Source: an uncultured Spirochaetales bacterium (GTDB taxonomy: Bacteria; Spirochaetota; Spirochaetia; CAYRYS01). Taken from it: DNA of 64,000 nt. Within the stretch, counting starts at the first letter, position 1. The number at the start of each line of letters is the position of its first letter. A model generated the notes under the pieces. The model did not search any database. It was not told the DNA's origin and saw only the letters and a list, made by a program, of their open reading frames with translations. Position numbers and translations under genes: made by a program. Shown here piece after piece: positions 27,603 through 37,089 of this stretch. The stretch is from NCBI GenBank assembly GCA_964428555.1, contig CAYRYS010000003.1:95-64094 (forward strand). Reading direction: 5' to 3'.

Positions 27603-29309
27603 TTACAGATTGTCCTTATCGTCTTTTTTTAGCAGATCACCCAAAGTTGCTTTTGGTTCTTCATCATCATCATGAATATATTTTGAAAGTTCTTCTCTCT
27701 GGATCTTGTTCTGATATTCCCGAATAGAAAGGGAAAGTTTTTGACGGTTTGGATTTATATCCGATACCACAGCCTTTACCTTTGAACCTGGTTCATACTT
27801 TGCAAACGCTTCTTCAATGGTCGCAATAGCCGGGTCGCTTAACTGGTTTTTGTTGATTAAACCTTCGATGCCCCCAGGGACTTTTACAAACATTCCGAAA
27901 TCAGTAATTGTAGTAACTTCACCTTCTATTATGCTTCCTTTTGGATAAGATCGTGCAAAACCTTTCCATGGATCATCTGAAAGTTGTTTTACCCCAAGCT
28001 GAATACGGTTGTTTTCTTTATTTATTGAGATAACTACAACTTCTTGTTCTTCACCTTCTGTTAATACAGAATTTGGACTTTTTATACGCTGGGTCCAGGA
28101 TAAGTCATCAACGTGCAGGAAGCCGTCTATGCCTTCCTCTAGTTCGAGAAATGCACCTGCGTTTGTAATCTTTTTCACAACACATTTCATCCGCTTGCCT
28201 ACAGGATACTTTTCTTCGATGTTTTCCCAAGGATTCGGATAAACCTGTTTCAAACCGAGAGATACTCTACCCTGCTGTATATCGTATCCGAGAATTTTTG
28301 TTTCAACTTCATCTCCAATAGCCAGTATTTCCTTCGGATGGGAGATGCGCTTAACCCATGAAAGTTCAGAAATATGAGCAAGTCCTTCTATGCCTTCTTC
28401 GAGTTCAATAAATGCGCCGAAATCGGTAAGTTTTGTAACTTTTCCTTTTACAACATCCCCTTCATTGTACCGGTCTTCAAAGTGAAGCCATGGGTCTTCT
28501 GTAAAATGCTTCAGCGATAGGTTGATCCTCTGTTCTTCAGGATCCAGCCGGATTACCTTTAATTGGATTTTCTGACCTTTTTTAACGAAATCTTTAGGCT
28601 TGGTCACGTGGCCCCAGCTCATATCGTTGATATGCAGTAATCCGTCAAAACCGCCGAGATCAATGAATGCACCAAAAGAAGTAAAGCTTTTAACTGTACC
28701 TTCTACAGTATCGCCAATAGTAACATTGTTGAAGAAATATTCTCTGTTTTTTTCGATTTCTTCTTCCAGCAGGTTTCTTCTGGATAGAATGATGTTTACT
28801 TTACCTTCATTGTAAAGGCGCTCAAGGTAGAACCTTGATTTCATACCTACATACTCTTCTGGTTTTTCAATCCTGCTGATGTCCATTTTTGACATTGGGG
28901 TAAACGCTGATACACCATTGCCAAGGTCTACTTCGAAACCGCCTTTAATATTTTTTGCAACGGTTCCTTCAACAGGCTCTCTGTTCTGGAATGCGTTTCT
29001 GAGGTCTTTCCAAAAGACTTTAGCATCAGCTTTACGCTTGGAAAGGATAACCTCACCTCGCTTGTTTTCTTTATTGATTAAAACAACATCAACTGTTTCA
29101 CCGATTTCAGGTTTTTTATCAAATTCGGAGACGGGGATCTTTCCTTCAGACTTATAGCCGATGTCAATGAAAACCTGCTCATCATTGACTTGGACTACAG
29201 TTCCTTCAATAAGTTGCCCCTCTTCTAATTGCTCTAACTGTTTGAGGTATTCTTCTTGTAGTTCAATTTGGTTAATGCCGTTTGAAATGGGCTCCTTCTC
29301 ACTCATCAC
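27603..29309 (-). CDS. rpsA: 30S ribosomal protein S1
   Basis: Six tandem S1 domains (repeated GxV.G.V....FGAF..L..GL.H.S.), 568 aa. Confidence 0.95.
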   Translation of the reverse strand: MMSEKEPISNGINQIELQEEYLKQLEQLEEGQLIEGTVVQVNDEQVFIDIGYKSEGKIPVSEFDKKPEIGETVDVVLINKENKRGEVILSKRKADAKVFWKDLRNAFQNREPVEGTVAKNIKGGFEVDLGNGVSAFTPMSKMDISRIEKPEEYVGMKSRFYLERLYNEGKVNIILSRRNLLEEEIEKNREYFFNNVTIGDTVEGTVKSFTSFGAFIDLGGFDGLLHINDMSWGHVTKPKDFVKKGQKIQLKVIRLDPEEQRINLSLKHFTEDPWLHFEDRYNEGDVVKGKVTKLTDFGAFIELEEGIEGLAHISELSWVKRISHPKEILAIGDEVETKILGYDIQQGRVSLGLKQVYPNPWENIEEKYPVGKRMKCVVKKITNAGAFLELEEGIDGFLHVDDLSWTQRIKSPNSVLTEGEEQEVVVISINKENNRIQLGVKQLSDDPWKGFARSYPKGSIIEGEVTTITDFGMFVKVPGGIEGLINKNQLSDPAIATIEEAFAKYEPGSKVKAVVSDINPNRQKLSLSIREYQNKIQREELSKYIHDDDEEPKATLGDLLKKDDKDNL

Positions 29310-29325
29310 TATTATAATACTCCTG

Positions 29326-29970
29326 CTAATTTGTTTCGATATTACGGATTTTCCTTACTACTTTCTCACAAACTTCATCTATGGTCAAGTCCGAAGTGTC
29401 TAAATATATTGCATCTTTGGCGATTTTAAGATTTCCGACTGCCTTATTTCTGTCTATTTTATCTCTTTCAGCAATGCTTTTACGGATACTGTCCATTGAC
29501 ATTTCACTGGTGCCTTGCTTGAACCGCCTTCTTGCACGCTCTTCAATAGAGGCGTCAAGAAATATCTTATATTCTGCATCCGGGAATACCACTGTTGCCA
29601 TGTCGCGTCCTTCTGCAACAATGTCCCGTTTTTGGGCAATTTTCTGAATTTCGTTGTTAATATGGGTACGGATCTCCGGTATGGATGATACAATTGCAAC
29701 TTTTGCATCGATTTTATCTGTATGTAAGTGTTCTTCAACATCCTCGCCGTTAATGTGGAGTCTGCTGTCAACAATAGTAAATTCGCAGTTTTTTGCAGTC
29801 TTAATCAATTCGTTCTGGCCTCTATCAGACTTATTTTGTTCAATTATTTTATATGTAACACCTCGGTAAAAATTACCCGAATTGAGATAAAAGTAATCTA
29901 AACTTTCAGCAATTCGTTTTGCGATTGTGCTTTTCCCGACACCTGCCGGTCCGTCAATTGCAACTACCAT
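29326..29970 (-). CDS. cmk: Cytidylate kinase
   Basis: P-loop AIDGPAGVGKST. Sits beside rpsA, the classical cmk-rpsA linkage. Confidence 0.9.
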   Translation of the reverse strand: MVVAIDGPAGVGKSTIAKRIAESLDYFYLNSGNFYRGVTYKIIEQNKSDRGQNELIKTAKNCEFTIVDSRLHINGEDVEEHLHTDKIDAKVAIVSSIPEIRTHINNEIQKIAQKRDIVAEGRDMATVVFPDAEYKIFLDASIEERARRRFKQGTSEMSMDSIRKSIAERDKIDRNKAVGNLKIAKDAIYLDTSDLTIDEVCEKVVRKIRNIETN

Positions 29971-29973
29971 TTA

Positions 29974-30696
29974 CTACTCCTTTTTATTGGAAAAAAACCA
30001 ATCTACTTCGCTTTTTGTGAGTTTTCTGCATTTTCCAGGGGGAAGGTCCCTAATATTTACGCATCCGATCCGCACCCTATGAAGCCGATGGATCTTCTGA
30101 TTAAAGTGATAAAACACGTTACGTATTTCACGATTTTTTCCTTCAGTTAAAATTATATAAGCCTTTGTAGGTGTTTTTTGGGAAATGTTCTTGCATTGAT
30201 ACTTTTTACCTTCAATTATTATACCATTTGTGAAAGCTTCTATTATTTTCTGGTCGATTGCTTTCTTTGTCTCAACCATATATTCTTTTTCAAAGTCGTT
30301 TGAAGGATGAATCACTGTATCCGAGAAATAGCCGTCATTTGTATAAAAAATCAATCCTGAGGATAGAAAATCGAGTCTTCCAACATGGAATACCCTTCTG
30401 TTTGTATACTGCTTCACAAGGTCAGCTGTGACTGGTCTGTTTGTGGGATCCGAATTAGCAGTAACTACCCTAGGAGGCTTGTGAAGCGCTAGGTACACCT
30501 TTTTCTGTTTCCCGCCGATCGGTGCTCCGTCAACAAGAATTTCTTCATCTCCGGTGACCTTTGTGCCAAGCTCTGTAACTATTTGAGAATCGACGGTGAC
30601 TCTGCCTTCCTGGATAATTGCTTCGCATTTTCTTCTTGAATCTACCCCGCACCTTGCTAAATATACGTGGAGCCTAACTGGTTTTTGTTCATCCAT
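29974..30696 (-). CDS. Pseudouridine synthase, RsuA/RluB family (S4 domain plus catalytic domain)
   Basis: N-terminal S4-like RLHVYLARCGVDSRRKCEAII. Catalytic HVGRLD motif. Confidence 0.85.
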   Translation of the reverse strand: MDEQKPVRLHVYLARCGVDSRRKCEAIIQEGRVTVDSQIVTELGTKVTGDEEILVDGAPIGGKQKKVYLALHKPPRVVTANSDPTNRPVTADLVKQYTNRRVFHVGRLDFLSSGLIFYTNDGYFSDTVIHPSNDFEKEYMVETKKAIDQKIIEAFTNGIIIEGKKYQCKNISQKTPTKAYIILTEGKNREIRNVFYHFNQKIHRLHRVRIGCVNIRDLPPGKCRKLTKSEVDWFFSNKKE

Positions 30697-31237
30697 TTAA
30701 TTCGAACCTCTCGCTTTCGGTTTCGCTTAACTTCGGCAGGTCTGCAATACTGTTTAATTTAAAGTATCTGAGGAAGGTTTTCGTTGTACCGTATTGGGTC
30801 GGCTTGCCAGGAGCATCTTTTTTTCCCACTTCTTTGATCAGGTCTTTATGAAGGAGCGTACGGATCATATTATCTGCTGAGACTCCCCGAATACTTTCTA
30901 TTTCGCTTTTTGTAATTGGCTGGGAATAGGCAATAATTGAGAGTGTTTCGATTGCAGCCTTAGAGAGTTTGTTGTCATTCTTTTTACCGTATCTTGATTT
31001 TAGCTGATCCCACAATTCCTGCTTTGGAACAAGAAGAAAACCGCCGCCTATTTCCACTAACTCAATCCCATGTTCGCTGGCAGTATAATGTTCCTTCAGG
31101 TCTGCTAAGACCTGAATCACAACATCCTGAGATAGCTGTGAAACTGAGGAAAGAATTTTCAAGTCAACAGGTTCTGCTTCGAGAAAGAGAATAGATTCTA
31201 TAATAGATTGTTCTTTACTCAGATTCATACTCCTCAT
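30689..31237 (-). CDS. scpB: Segregation and condensation protein B (ScpB)
   Basis: Winged-helix ScpB signature (IESILFLEAEPV, LSIIAYSQPITKSEIESIRGV). Follows scpA. Confidence 0.85.
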   Translation of the reverse strand: MRSMNLSKEQSIIESILFLEAEPVDLKILSSVSQLSQDVVIQVLADLKEHYTASEHGIELVEIGGGFLLVPKQELWDQLKSRYGKKNDNKLSKAAIETLSIIAYSQPITKSEIESIRGVSADNMIRTLLHKDLIKEVGKKDAPGKPTQYGTTKTFLRYFKLNSIADLPKLSETESERFELNG

Positions 31238-31976
31238 CTACCTGTGTTTTATCTGCTGCAATTATGCGGATGTCTCCGAAAAGTTTGTTCTGCATAATCT
31301 TAATTGACCGGAATTTAACTGAATCCAGAACTGCGAGAAACGCGCAGACTACATCCATCACAGATTCCGGATTTTTTATGAGATCTAAAAAGGAGCATTC
31401 CTTCTTTTCCTCTAAAATCTCATTAAGAAGACTGACCTTTTCGTTTATAGACACCTCTTCATAAAGGTTAATGATCCTTTCCGGTGTTAAATCCTTTACA
31501 AGCTTGGAAAAGTTTTTTAACAGGTCCCATACATCTATGTCAATCCATAATTGATCATCTTCAGGAAAAGGGAGGGATCTTTGGTCTTTTGTGCGTTCCA
31601 GGTTTAGATCTGCTGCTTTTTCTTGTTCCATCATTAGTTCTGAGAGTTTCCTGAATTTTTGATACTCAATGAGTTTTTCTACAAGCTCCATACGAGGGTC
31701 TTCTATGTCTTCCATGTCAACTTCAACAGGGAGGAGCATTCTGGATTTTATGTATAAAAGCGTGGATGCCATGAGATAGAATTCAGTAAGGTTGTTCAGA
31801 TCTTCGTGTGCGATATACGAGAGATATGATAAATACTGCTCAGTTATTTCAGAAATGGGTATATCGTATATGTTTACTTCACTCTTTTTTATCAGAAACA
31901 GAAGAAGGTCTAATGGGCCTTCGAACTGACCGATCTTAAAGTGCTTTTTATCCTGTTTGTCTGGAGTATCTGCCAT
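31215..31976 (-). CDS. scpA: Segregation and condensation protein A (ScpA)
   Basis: N-terminal FEGPLDLLLFLIKK motif typical of ScpA. Confidence 0.85.
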   Translation of the reverse strand: MADTPDKQDKKHFKIGQFEGPLDLLLFLIKKSEVNIYDIPISEITEQYLSYLSYIAHEDLNNLTEFYLMASTLLYIKSRMLLPVEVDMEDIEDPRMELVEKLIEYQKFRKLSELMMEQEKAADLNLERTKDQRSLPFPEDDQLWIDIDVWDLLKNFSKLVKDLTPERIINLYEEVSINEKVSLLNEILEEKKECSFLDLIKNPESVMDVVCAFLAVLDSVKFRSIKIMQNKLFGDIRIIAADKTQVDEEYESE

Positions 31977-32010
31977 GAAATGAACCTACACCAATAAAAG
32001 AATGTATTCA

Positions 32011-32034
32011 AGAAGCAAATACAACTTTGCTTCT
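32011..32034 (-). terminator. Intergenic hairpin between folK and scpA; possible weak terminator or attenuator
   Basis: Perfect 9-bp stem AGAAGCAAA/TTTGCTTCT with a 6-nt loop. A U-rich stretch begins 8 nt downstream on the minus strand. Confidence 0.3.
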
Positions 32035-32133
32035 TACCCTGTTGTAATTTGCAATTTACAATGCTTAGTCCGCTGAAATCCGTATTTATGAAGCAGTTTG
32101 CAGCTGTGTTTTGATTCTACGGAAATTCGCTCA

Positions 32134-32673
32134 TTAATCAGTATACCATTTTAAGGAGTTGAGAAAAATGCCTTGGCTGTCAAGCTGAGCAAGATAATAG
32201 AAAAAAGGTTTATGAGTAACAGGATCTTCTAATAATGGTGAAAGTCTGAGCAAAGGTATGAGCACGAATTTTCGCTCGTACATGCGGGGGTGCGGAATTT
32301 CCAGGGATTTTTCCTGTATTACTCTGTCACTGTATAGAAGCATATCCAGGTCTATTGTACGGGGTCCAAATCTTCGTTCTGGATTTCGGTCTCTTCCTAT
32401 TTTGTATTCTATAGAATGAAGGTGCTGTAATAGCTCTTTTGGCGGTAAATGAGTAGTTCCGAAAAGCACCCCATTAATAAAAGCGGACTGCCGGGTATCG
32501 TACATTGGAGCAGTCCTATACAGTGGTGAGAGACAGGAATTTTCTATAATACCGGAGAGCGAACGAACTGCAGCAAAAATATTCTGCTCGCAGTTCCCTT
32601 GGTTTGACCCAAGGGAGATAAATACGGATACCCTATTCTCTTCGTCAAAAGAATTAGAAGAGTTCTTTATCAT
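32134..32673 (-). CDS. folK: 2-amino-4-hydroxy-6-hydroxymethyldihydropteridine diphosphokinase (HPPK)
   Basis: ISLGSNQGN near the N-terminus, [23 protein letters not shown]. Confidence 0.85.
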   Translation of the reverse strand: MIKNSSNSFDEENRVSVFISLGSNQGNCEQNIFAAVRSLSGIIENSCLSPLYRTAPMYDTRQSAFINGVLFGTTHLPPKELLQHLHSIEYKIGRDRNPERRFGPRTIDLDMLLYSDRVIQEKSLEIPHPRMYERKFVLIPLLRLSPLLEDPVTHKPFFYYLAQLDSQGIFLNSLKWYTD

Positions 32674-33745
32674 TTGCTTTGGCCTTCTCTTTGCCGGATG
32701 AACTCTCCTTAGTTTCTTCTGTGGGAAAGAGGATCACCCGAAGTTTCTTTTCAAGTTCTTTGGCAATATCCGGGTTTGTTTCAATAAATTGTTTTGCATT
32801 ATCTCTGCCTTGGCCAATCCGTTCTTCTCCGTAAGAATACCAGCTGCCGCTTTTCTGAATCAAGTTGTGCTGAACCGATGCATCTAAGAGGCTTGCAGAC
32901 CAGGAAATACCTTTTCCAAAAACAATTTCCAGTTCTACTTTTCTGAATGGAGGTGCGACCTTGTTTTTTACAATTTTTACTCTGACCCTGTTTCCTGTTG
33001 CATCATCAGTGCCTTTTGATATTGTTTCAATTCTCCGTACTTCAAGCCGAACTGAGGAATAAAACTTTAAGGCTTTTCCTCCGGTGGTTGTTTCGGGATT
33101 ACCGAACATGACGCCGATCTTCATACGGATCTGATTGATAAAAACAAGACAGCACTTGGATTTAGAAATCGTACCTGTAAGCTTCCGCAGGGCTTGACTC
33201 ATAAGTCTTGCCTGAAGACCCATATGGGAGTCTCCCATGTCTCCTTCGATTTCAGCACGGGGGGTGAGTGCAGCTACAGAGTCTACAACCACAATATCCA
33301 CAGCTCCTGAGCGCACAAGGCTTTCAGTTATTTCCAATGCCTGTTCTCCAGTGTCCGGCTGTGACACCCATAACTCATCTGTATTAACTCCGAGGTGTTT
33401 GGCATATGCTGGATCAAGTGCGTGTTCTGCATCTACAAACGCAGCTATGCCTCCATTCTTTTGCGCCTCTGCGATTGCATGGAGAGCAAGAGTGGTCTTT
33501 CCAGAAGACTCAGGACCGTAGATTTCAATGATACGGCCTTTAGGATATCCGCCGATACCGAGTGCTGAGTCCAATAGGATAGAACCTGAGGGAATTGTTG
33601 CAATATCCATGTTCTTAACACCGGTACCGAGTTTCATTATTGAGCCTTTACCGTACTGTTTCTCTATTTGCGACTTTGCAGCCTCCAAGGCTTTTAGTTT
33701 TTCTTCTCTGGCATTGTTTGTCTGAGGTGTCTCTTTTTTTGCCAT
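32654..33745 (-). CDS. recA: Recombinase RecA
   Basis: Walker [43 protein letters not shown]. Confidence 0.97.
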   Translation of the reverse strand: MAKKETPQTNNAREEKLKALEAAKSQIEKQYGKGSIMKLGTGVKNMDIATIPSGSILLDSALGIGGYPKGRIIEIYGPESSGKTTLALHAIAEAQKNGGIAAFVDAEHALDPAYAKHLGVNTDELWVSQPDTGEQALEITESLVRSGAVDIVVVDSVAALTPRAEIEGDMGDSHMGLQARLMSQALRKLTGTISKSKCCLVFINQIRMKIGVMFGNPETTTGGKALKFYSSVRLEVRRIETISKGTDDATGNRVRVKIVKNKVAPPFRKVELEIVFGKGISWSASLLDASVQHNLIQKSGSWYSYGEERIGQGRDNAKQFIETNPDIAKELEKKLRVILFPTEETKESSSGKEKAKANDKELF

Positions 33746-33822
33746 TACGGCCTCCTATTACGTATTCATTCTGCGTATTCAGAAAGCATAAATTAAGGAA
33801 AATACTATCCGATACTATATAT

Positions 33823-34479
33823 ATGTACAGGTATTTTTTTCTCTTGCTTTTCCTTTTTCACGTTTTTTTTGTAAATAGTGAAGATTTACAGAATTTTGTG
33901 CAATCCTCTTCTGAATATGAAAATACCATAATAGTCCAGTTAATAAAAGAGTCTAATTTCCATGACCAGTGTATTATTTTTGAGAATCTTCCTTTTCGTG
34001 AAGATTGGAATTTTCGTGAAATATTGCGAGAGCTTTCAAGCAGAATGTACACTATTCCGGAACCTAGGAAAGAGCACTTATTAATGCTTTTTTATGTATC
34101 AATGAATCAACAGATAGCTTCAGGTCGCGGAAATATTGCTACTGAGTCACAGTTTTTCCTTAATGATGTAGCCACAGGATTTCCTGGATTTCATGACCAC
34201 TATCTCAGGGCTGCGGTCATGGATTTCTGCAGATATAATTACCAGAGTACACAGCTGCTGGATATTGCGGGAGAGGCAGGAGAATACCTTGCTGAGGTTT
34301 ATACTTCAGGTATTCACGATCTTGATATTCCTGGTTTAGAATTAGAGGTTTTATCCTTTTTACGGTTGGCTGATGAGATTGACAGTGTAAGCTACTATCC
34401 GTATTTCACTATAATTTTGGAAAATACTTCATCAGAGCGGATTGCAGATGAAATACATGAAATAGTTACTGATAATTAA
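33823..34479 (+). CDS. Hypothetical secreted protein (218 aa)
   Basis: The ATG at 33823 gives signal-peptide-like MYRYFFLLLFLFHVFFVNS. The ORF-track start at 33640 would run antisense over the recA start. No motifs recognised. Confidence 0.45.
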   Translation: MYRYFFLLLFLFHVFFVNSEDLQNFVQSSSEYENTIIVQLIKESNFHDQCIIFENLPFREDWNFREILRELSSRMYTIPEPRKEHLLMLFYVSMNQQIASGRGNIATESQFFLNDVATGFPGFHDHYLRAAVMDFCRYNYQSTQLLDIAGEAGEYLAEVYTSGIHDLDIPGLELEVLSFLRLADEIDSVSYYPYFTIILENTSSERIADEIHEIVTDN

Positions 34480-34925
34480 AAGACTTTTTCGCTGTCTAAT
34501 AAGATAGTAACTGGTCCTGTATTGACTGAGGTTATTTGCATATAGCTTTGAAAGATCCCTGTTTGCGGCGGGAATCCGAGGTTTGAGCAAAACTCTAAAA
34601 AACGCTCATACAGGTATTCTGCTTTCTCAGGAAGCTCAGCTTTGTTATAAGAAGGGCGTCTGCCTTTTCTTGCGTCAGCTTGGAGCGTAAATTGTGATAC
34701 TACAAGCAGTTCAAGGCCTAGGTCTTTGAGGGAGAGGTTCATTTTTCCATTGCTGTCTTCGAAGATGCGAAGGTTTATAATTTTGTCAGCAAGGTACTTT
34801 GCCGATTTTTCTGTGTCCCCTTTCTGGACGCCCAGGTAAACTAATAAGCCGTCGGAAATATTGCCTGTTTCTTCTCCCTTTGATATAACACTTGCTTGAG
34901 AAACCCTTTGTACAACAGCACGCAT
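34476..34925 (-). CDS. dtd: D-aminoacyl-tRNA deacylase
   Basis: MRAVVQRV...GLLVYLGV...SQFTL motifs, ~149 aa. Confidence 0.9.
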   Translation of the reverse strand: MRAVVQRVSQASVISKGEETGNISDGLLVYLGVQKGDTEKSAKYLADKIINLRIFEDSNGKMNLSLKDLGLELLVVSQFTLQADARKGRRPSYNKAELPEKAEYLYERFLEFCSNLGFPPQTGIFQSYMQITSVNTGPVTILLDSEKVF

Positions 34926-34931
34926 TTATTA

Positions 34932-36023
34932 TTATTCGCTCCTTTCCGAGAGCCGGTGAAGCGAGACTCCGCGAAGACGGATTGACGGTGAGTCTCCGTA
35001 TAACTCTATTTGAGCAAGGATTTCATAGGGTAATCCTTCGTGCAGGGTCGTTGCAAATTCAAGATACACTGGAACCACGCCTTCGAGAAGGCGTTCATCT
35101 TCGTATCCTACAAGAAAGTCAAAGCGGATTGCATCTTCACCAATTGTAAGATTACTCAATCTTCCGGACCAGCGGATATAACAGCCGTCATGCAACAGGG
35201 GGTTGGATTCTACTGTTTCATAGGAAAAGTTTCTTCCGAAGGTGGAGAAATTCGGCTCATTCAGGTGGTCAATGAAACCAGTTACATGATCTTTAATATT
35301 TTCATTTGCATTTGAGAGAAGTATCCGGTTTACCTCCCGCCGTACAAGGTTGTCGTGGTATTGGTCAAAGAGCCGTTGTATTTCCTGCAGCTTGTTTTCA
35401 AGTTCCTGGTCTGAAAATATGAATTGAAATGTCTCTGAATAGTTTGTAATCTCGCCTGCAAGGATCTGTTCAGTAATTTCAGGACCGCTTCTATGGCGGT
35501 CTGTAGATTCTATAAGCTCTGGTATGTAACGTATGCCGAATGGCACAGAACTTCCTATTATTACCAACAGAAGAAAGAGAAATATATATTTACCGGGTAT
35601 ATATACCGGCAGTTTGGGAAAAAAGCGTTTAAAGTGCTTGCTTTCTATGAACTCATATATTGCACCGTTTTCAGGCATTCTTCTAATAGTGTTTAGAGCT
35701 TTTTGGGCTTGGTTGTTTTTAGGGGCGTCCTCAAGAACATTAAGCAGTATCCGTACTGCTTCCTGAATATTTCTTCTTTTTAACGCAACTGCTGCTATTC
35801 CAAGGCGTGCATCAATATCTTCAGGTTTAAGGTTTAGGGCTCTTCTTAAATAGGAATCTGCGCCTCCGTAGTCCAAGGTGTACAGGCAGGATGTTCCCAA
35901 AAGATAAAAAAACTGGAAGCTTTCTCTAAAACGGAAAACCTGAGGTTCGAGTATGCGGATAACTTCAGCAAATTGTCTCCGCTTAAAAAGCTTCCTTGCC
36001 TTATTGAGTGTGTTATCTTTCAT
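34932..36023 (-). CDS. TPR-repeat protein with a central TM helix and C-terminal extracytoplasmic domain
   Basis: N-terminal TPRs (LGTSCLYTLDYGGADSYLRRALNLKPEDIDARLGIAAVALKRRNIQEAVRIL), TM IFLFLLLVIIGSSVPF. The C-terminal domain is unknown. Confidence 0.5.
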   Translation of the reverse strand: MKDNTLNKARKLFKRRQFAEVIRILEPQVFRFRESFQFFYLLGTSCLYTLDYGGADSYLRRALNLKPEDIDARLGIAAVALKRRNIQEAVRILLNVLEDAPKNNQAQKALNTIRRMPENGAIYEFIESKHFKRFFPKLPVYIPGKYIFLFLLLVIIGSSVPFGIRYIPELIESTDRHRSGPEITEQILAGEITNYSETFQFIFSDQELENKLQEIQRLFDQYHDNLVRREVNRILLSNANENIKDHVTGFIDHLNEPNFSTFGRNFSYETVESNPLLHDGCYIRWSGRLSNLTIGEDAIRFDFLVGYEDERLLEGVVPVYLEFATTLHEGLPYEILAQIELYGDSPSIRLRGVSLHRLSERSE

Positions 36024-36029
36024 GGCATG

Positions 36030-37088
36030 TTAATTATTGCCGTTCTCCACTTTGTTTTCAAGTTCCTCAATGAGGTTTTCGAGTACTTCTATCTCAGATT
36101 CTGTAATTTCTCTATCAAGACTGAGGAGGCGGTCTATCTGATTTATAATGTCTCTAACGCGTATAAGATCTGTACGGATAGTGTTTTCCGGTGTTGCATC
36201 CTCTGCGCTTGATTCGTTAGATCTTTCATGTAGAGCATGTAGCTCTTCATTGGACGTTTCAGCTGTGCTCGCAGAGAAGCCACTGGTATTGAAATTTCCG
36301 ATAGCAAGGGTAATTTCTCTAGAAGAGCCTGATGCAACTGTGGTTGGATTAAAGTACACAGCTGCTGCTGAATCATTGATAGAATATGGGAGTCTGGAAA
36401 AATTACGAGTAGTATTTACATCATAGGACCATGGTGTGTCATCCAGTCTTTTCCAGTTTGCGAAAACAACTCTATCTGGGCGTGTAATTCCTTCTCCTGA
36501 AAGAGATTGCATGAAACCAATATCGCTGTTTTCCTCTTTGGAAACCCATAATCCTGTGGATGAGTTGGCATTGATTGAATATTCTCTGTTTATGGTCTGC
36601 ATTTCTGAACCCACAAAGAAGTGGTTGTTCTCATCCTCCCCAAGATAGGTGTCAAATAAATACCGTGCTCCGATCGAAAGTGGTTGTTCAGAAACATTCT
36701 CAATAGTAATGGTGATTAGTACCCCATTGGCCAAAGAAGAATTTGCCGAGCGGATTAGCTGGAAACTTTGCGTAACTGTTGCTTCAGTGGACTGCCAGGA
36801 AATTTGGGCACCATTAACCGTTTCCTCAACGGACTGGCGAAAGCTTCCTGACTCTCCCATTCTGTAGACACGGTTTTCAATCAGTACGCTAAGTACTGTA
36901 GTACGAGGATCTTGAGTCAAAAGCAAAGGGGTATACTGATTTCTGCTTACATTTTCAAGATAATAGATGCTGAAACGACCGGTGTTTTCATGGATAATGA
37001 GCTTGATTCTGCCTTCACTGATCTCCAGTCCTGATAATTGCAGCGAGAACAACAAAGCTAATATGCATAATAAAAAGACTCGTTTCAT
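36030..37088 (-). CDS. Hypothetical secreted protein with C-terminal coiled coil
   Basis: Signal peptide MKRVFLLCILALLFSLQLSG, a beta-rich N/S/T-rich body, and a C-terminal heptad region (EIEVLENLIEELENKVEN). Confidence 0.5.
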   Translation of the reverse strand: MKRVFLLCILALLFSLQLSGLEISEGRIKLIIHENTGRFSIYYLENVSRNQYTPLLLTQDPRTTVLSVLIENRVYRMGESGSFRQSVEETVNGAQISWQSTEATVTQSFQLIRSANSSLANGVLITITIENVSEQPLSIGARYLFDTYLGEDENNHFFVGSEMQTINREYSINANSSTGLWVSKEENSDIGFMQSLSGEGITRPDRVVFANWKRLDDTPWSYDVNTTRNFSRLPYSINDSAAAVYFNPTTVASGSSREITLAIGNFNTSGFSASTAETSNEELHALHERSNESSAEDATPENTIRTDLIRVRDIINQIDRLLSLDREITESEIEVLENLIEELENKVENGNN

Positions 37089-37089
37089 T

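Noticed and set aside
33640-33822. N-terminal extension of the 33640..34479 ORF
   Set aside because: It overlaps the recA start on the opposite strand. The internal ATG at 33823 gives a proper signal peptide.
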